Part shown: piece by piece, positions 33,951 to 36,214 of the stretch
Numbering within the stretch: the first letter of the stretch is position 1
How the letters are laid out: every line of letters starts with the position of its first letter
Source of the DNA: a virus
Lineage: Duplodnaviria > Caudoviricetes
DNA length: 36,214 bases
Virus record (IMG/VR): IMGVR_UViG_3300025470_000044
Span: 1-36,214 of that record
Reading direction: 5' to 3' (one strand)
Notes under the pieces: generated by a model
The model's database searches: none
What the model was told of the DNA's origin: nothing
The model's input: only the letters and a program-made list of their open reading frames with translations
Position numbers and translations under genes: made by a program

Positions 33951-35717
33951 ATGCCATCCAATGACTTTTTTGCCAGCGCTGCCGTTTTGAGCACAGCTAC
34001 GAGTGGAGGCGTCAACGGCACAACTACGGGGGCCAGTGCAAATACCGGCGCGGATACGGGTGAGCCCGGCCATTACAACTACGCATATGGACCACTCTAC
34101 CCCGTGGCCCGCGCCATCGTCGGCCCCTTTGCCAGCGTCTGGTATTCATGGACCCCGGCAACCAGCGGCAACTATTATTTCACGACGCGCAACATCCTGA
34201 CACTGGCCATCACCAACTATCCAAGCACGGTGCAGGCGTTTGTACAGACCGGCAGCGGCGTGACGGGCCTCAGCCGCGTGGATCGGCCGGTTCTCCTGCT
34301 TGATCAGTCCGTGGGAGACGGGAACGGTGTGGACGTTGGAGCTAGCATCTGCTTCACGGCCGTGGCTGGTACCACCTATTATATTCAGATTGATGGTCGC
34401 AACGGTGCTAGTGGCAATTTCAAGCTGCGTTGGGGCCTTTATACGCCGGCCATGCTGGGATCCTGTGCCGGTTCCACATTGAACACGGATCCTAGCACCC
34501 AATGCATGGCCAGCATTCAGGTAAATGGTGGCAGTTCGGATGCCTGGTTTTCCTTCGGAAGCCAGCCGGTGAAGGCTGGCAATTATCGTGTGGCCTATGT
34601 GGATGGCACGTCAGTTTTGCCCTATGCCAATAATTTTTCAGGCGGTCAAACATTCCCAATTCTGAGCATCGTGGATGGCGATATGTCGGGATTTACGGAA
34701 TGGAGCAGCGTCGCCACCTATGTGGCCGGCAACAAGGTGGTGGATCTGGAAAATAACTTGGATTACGCCGCCGCCCTAGCTGTTAGCGGATCCACCAATG
34801 TCCATCCCTTCAGCGGGGGAGGATCATGCAATTCGCAGTGGATTTGCTATGGGGGCACCGACACGATCCCGCAAACTCAGTGTGCCTATTCCGACCCGGT
34901 TCCGCATCCTGCGACCGGCGTGATCGGCATGATCTATTTGGCTGGGGGCACCAGCGGCATCAGCACGCCCTACCCGCGTTACATGTTGCTCTATTTCCCA
35001 ATGGATACCACCGTTTTGAGCAGTAGCCCTGGCTTCACTCTGAGCGGCAGCGGAACGAGCTGGAGCATCAACTTCAATATCCAAAACAACAGCAGCCAAG
35101 ACTGGGACAATACTACCGTCACATTGCTGAACACCGGCGGTGTCACCGGCGCCAGCGGTGCCATCTCGGGCTTGACCCTTACCCACGGCGCCAGCACAGC
35201 CACTGGCGGCTTCACCTTCACGGCTACCCCTGGCCTGGTCACTGCCACGATCCAGATCAGTCGGAACGGCCAGGTGGCTTGCACGCTGAGCTATCCGCTG
35301 TTTCCCGTCGTCAGCCTGGCATTCTGGCAATCCAGTGGGGTCAGTGGCTTGAACATTTACGAGCGCACTGGCTGCACCCCGGCCGCATGGGTGCAATCCC
35401 TGGCCATGAACACATCGTGGGCGGCAAATCTGCCGGCAAGCTGGGGCAATACCGTGGCGTTGGTTTTCAGCGTCGTGAGCGGAGGAGCCACCCTGACAAA
35501 TGACCAGGCGGCCAATGTCTGCCTGAGTGTGGCCAATATCACCAAAAGCTCTTTCGCGATCGGTGCCGGATGGCAATATGGCGTCATCAAGCCCGGATTT
35601 TGGGTGACCGGCGCGCTGCAAAACGTCCCCATTCAATGCACCCTGGCCTGGAACAGCGCCAGCGGTGCGATCAGCCTGCCCACCTTCACGCAGACCCTCA
35701 GCATCCCGCCCACCTGA
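33951..35717 (+). CDS. Putative receptor-binding/tail protein (588 aa)
   Basis: PSNDFFASA...GEPGH...SVWYSWTP...GTTYYIQIDG beta-sandwich; WSSVATYVAGNKV CBM-like motif; several Cys. Confidence 0.65.
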   Translation: MPSNDFFASAAVLSTATSGGVNGTTTGASANTGADTGEPGHYNYAYGPLYPVARAIVGPFASVWYSWTPATSGNYYFTTRNILTLAITNYPSTVQAFVQTGSGVTGLSRVDRPVLLLDQSVGDGNGVDVGASICFTAVAGTTYYIQIDGRNGASGNFKLRWGLYTPAMLGSCAGSTLNTDPSTQCMASIQVNGGSSDAWFSFGSQPVKAGNYRVAYVDGTSVLPYANNFSGGQTFPILSIVDGDMSGFTEWSSVATYVAGNKVVDLENNLDYAAALAVSGSTNVHPFSGGGSCNSQWICYGGTDTIPQTQCAYSDPVPHPATGVIGMIYLAGGTSGISTPYPRYMLLYFPMDTTVLSSSPGFTLSGSGTSWSINFNIQNNSSQDWDNTTVTLLNTGGVTGASGAISGLTLTHGASTATGGFTFTATPGLVTATIQISRNGQVACTLSYPLFPVVSLAFWQSSGVSGLNIYERTGCTPAAWVQSLAMNTSWAANLPASWGNTVALVFSVVSGGATLTNDQAANVCLSVANITKSSFAIGAGWQYGVIKPGFWVTGALQNVPIQCTLAWNSASGAISLPTFTQTLSIPPT

Positions 35718-35745
35718 TATCGGTCGAATCCGTCACCTCAGTCCC

Positions 35746-36102
35746 ATGCGTTTCGCCCTGACCGATCTTCTTCAAAGCCCATGTCCAAACCTCTGGCATG
35801 CGCTGCTGGGCGTAGGTCAATGGGAAGGAACGCATGTGGTGGTACCAGACACCATTGCCGCCCCCATCCTGGCCACCTGCAATGAGCCACCCGCGGATCA
35901 GCCTGCCGACCCGTCACCATTCACCGCCCGCCTCCGTACCGAAGCGCAAAAGGCCCCCCTTCGGGCTATCTGCGCCCAATGCGAGCACCATCGGGATGGC
36001 CAATGCCAGGCCAGTAGCTGTTGCGGGGGGAGGATTCCGGTCGAAGTCCGTCTGAATCTGACCAGCACCGCCTGTCCGAAGGGTAATTGGCCGGCCACTT
36101 AA
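35746..36102 (+). CDS. Small Cys-rich protein (118 aa)
   Basis: RAICAQC...C...CC...CPKGNW; start MRFALT at 35746. Confidence 0.65.
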   Translation: MRFALTDLLQSPCPNLWHALLGVGQWEGTHVVVPDTIAAPILATCNEPPADQPADPSPFTARLRTEAQKAPLRAICAQCEHHRDGQCQASSCCGGRIPVEVRLNLTSTACPKGNWPAT

Positions 36103-36181
36103 TGGCCCGCTATTGCCACCTTAACCCCCCATTAAAAACCTCGTGGCGGGCCTCCAGCGAAGTCGGTTTTTACTGCAAAGC

Positions 36182-36212
36182 TTCTGAAACCTTTACCATT
36201 CTTTCCGAAACC
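36182..36212 (-). repeat. Right-end candidate transposase-binding sites
   Basis: TTCTGAAACC (36182-36191) and TTCCGAAACC (36203-36212), 21 bp apart, inverted relative to the left-end motifs. Confidence 0.65.
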
Positions 36213-36214
36213 GC

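Larger units (their letters stand above)
1..36214. mobile_element. Transposable (Mu-like) temperate phage/prophage, near-complete, non-contractile tail
   Basis: DDE transposase + MuB-like ATPase + Gam in the early arm; terminase, portal, protease, capsid and tail genes in the late arm; starts with TG; related motifs in inverted orientation near both ends; size typical of Mu-like phages. Confidence 0.9.

Noticed and set aside
1-36214. tRNA/rRNA genes, tyrosine/serine integrase, tail sheath, invertible segment
   Set aside because: No supporting motifs seen by eye; a tRNAscan and HMM run would be needed to exclude them formally

Overview
The window looks like a near-complete ~36 kb transposable (Mu-like) temperate phage or prophage with B3/BcepMu-type layout. 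A leftward early arm carries the DDE transposase, a MuB-like ATPase, Gam, a GemA-like protein, an ASCH-like protein, a pentapeptide-repeat protein and many small coupled ORFs. A central divergent switch uses two ribbon-helix-helix regulators. The rightward late arm has an HK97-type head (portal fused to a Mu gpF-like domain, prohead protease, major capsid protein) and a sheath-less tail. Related inverted motifs near both ends look like transposase sites. Sequence style suggests a PVC (Verrucomicrobiota-like) host, which is inference. Most unusual: (i) the lysis slot has no recognisable endolysin, but holds a signal-peptide beta-barrel, a class-3 lipase with a full catalytic motif set and a TM/coiled-coil protein; (ii) several virion-module proteins carry signal peptides or membrane anchors; (iii) a phased TTAA-N7-TTAA motif recurs at intergenic sites; (iv) there are structured leader RNAs, one with a loop complementary to the MuB ribosome-binding site. 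All family calls are by motif recognition and synteny; no database search was run.
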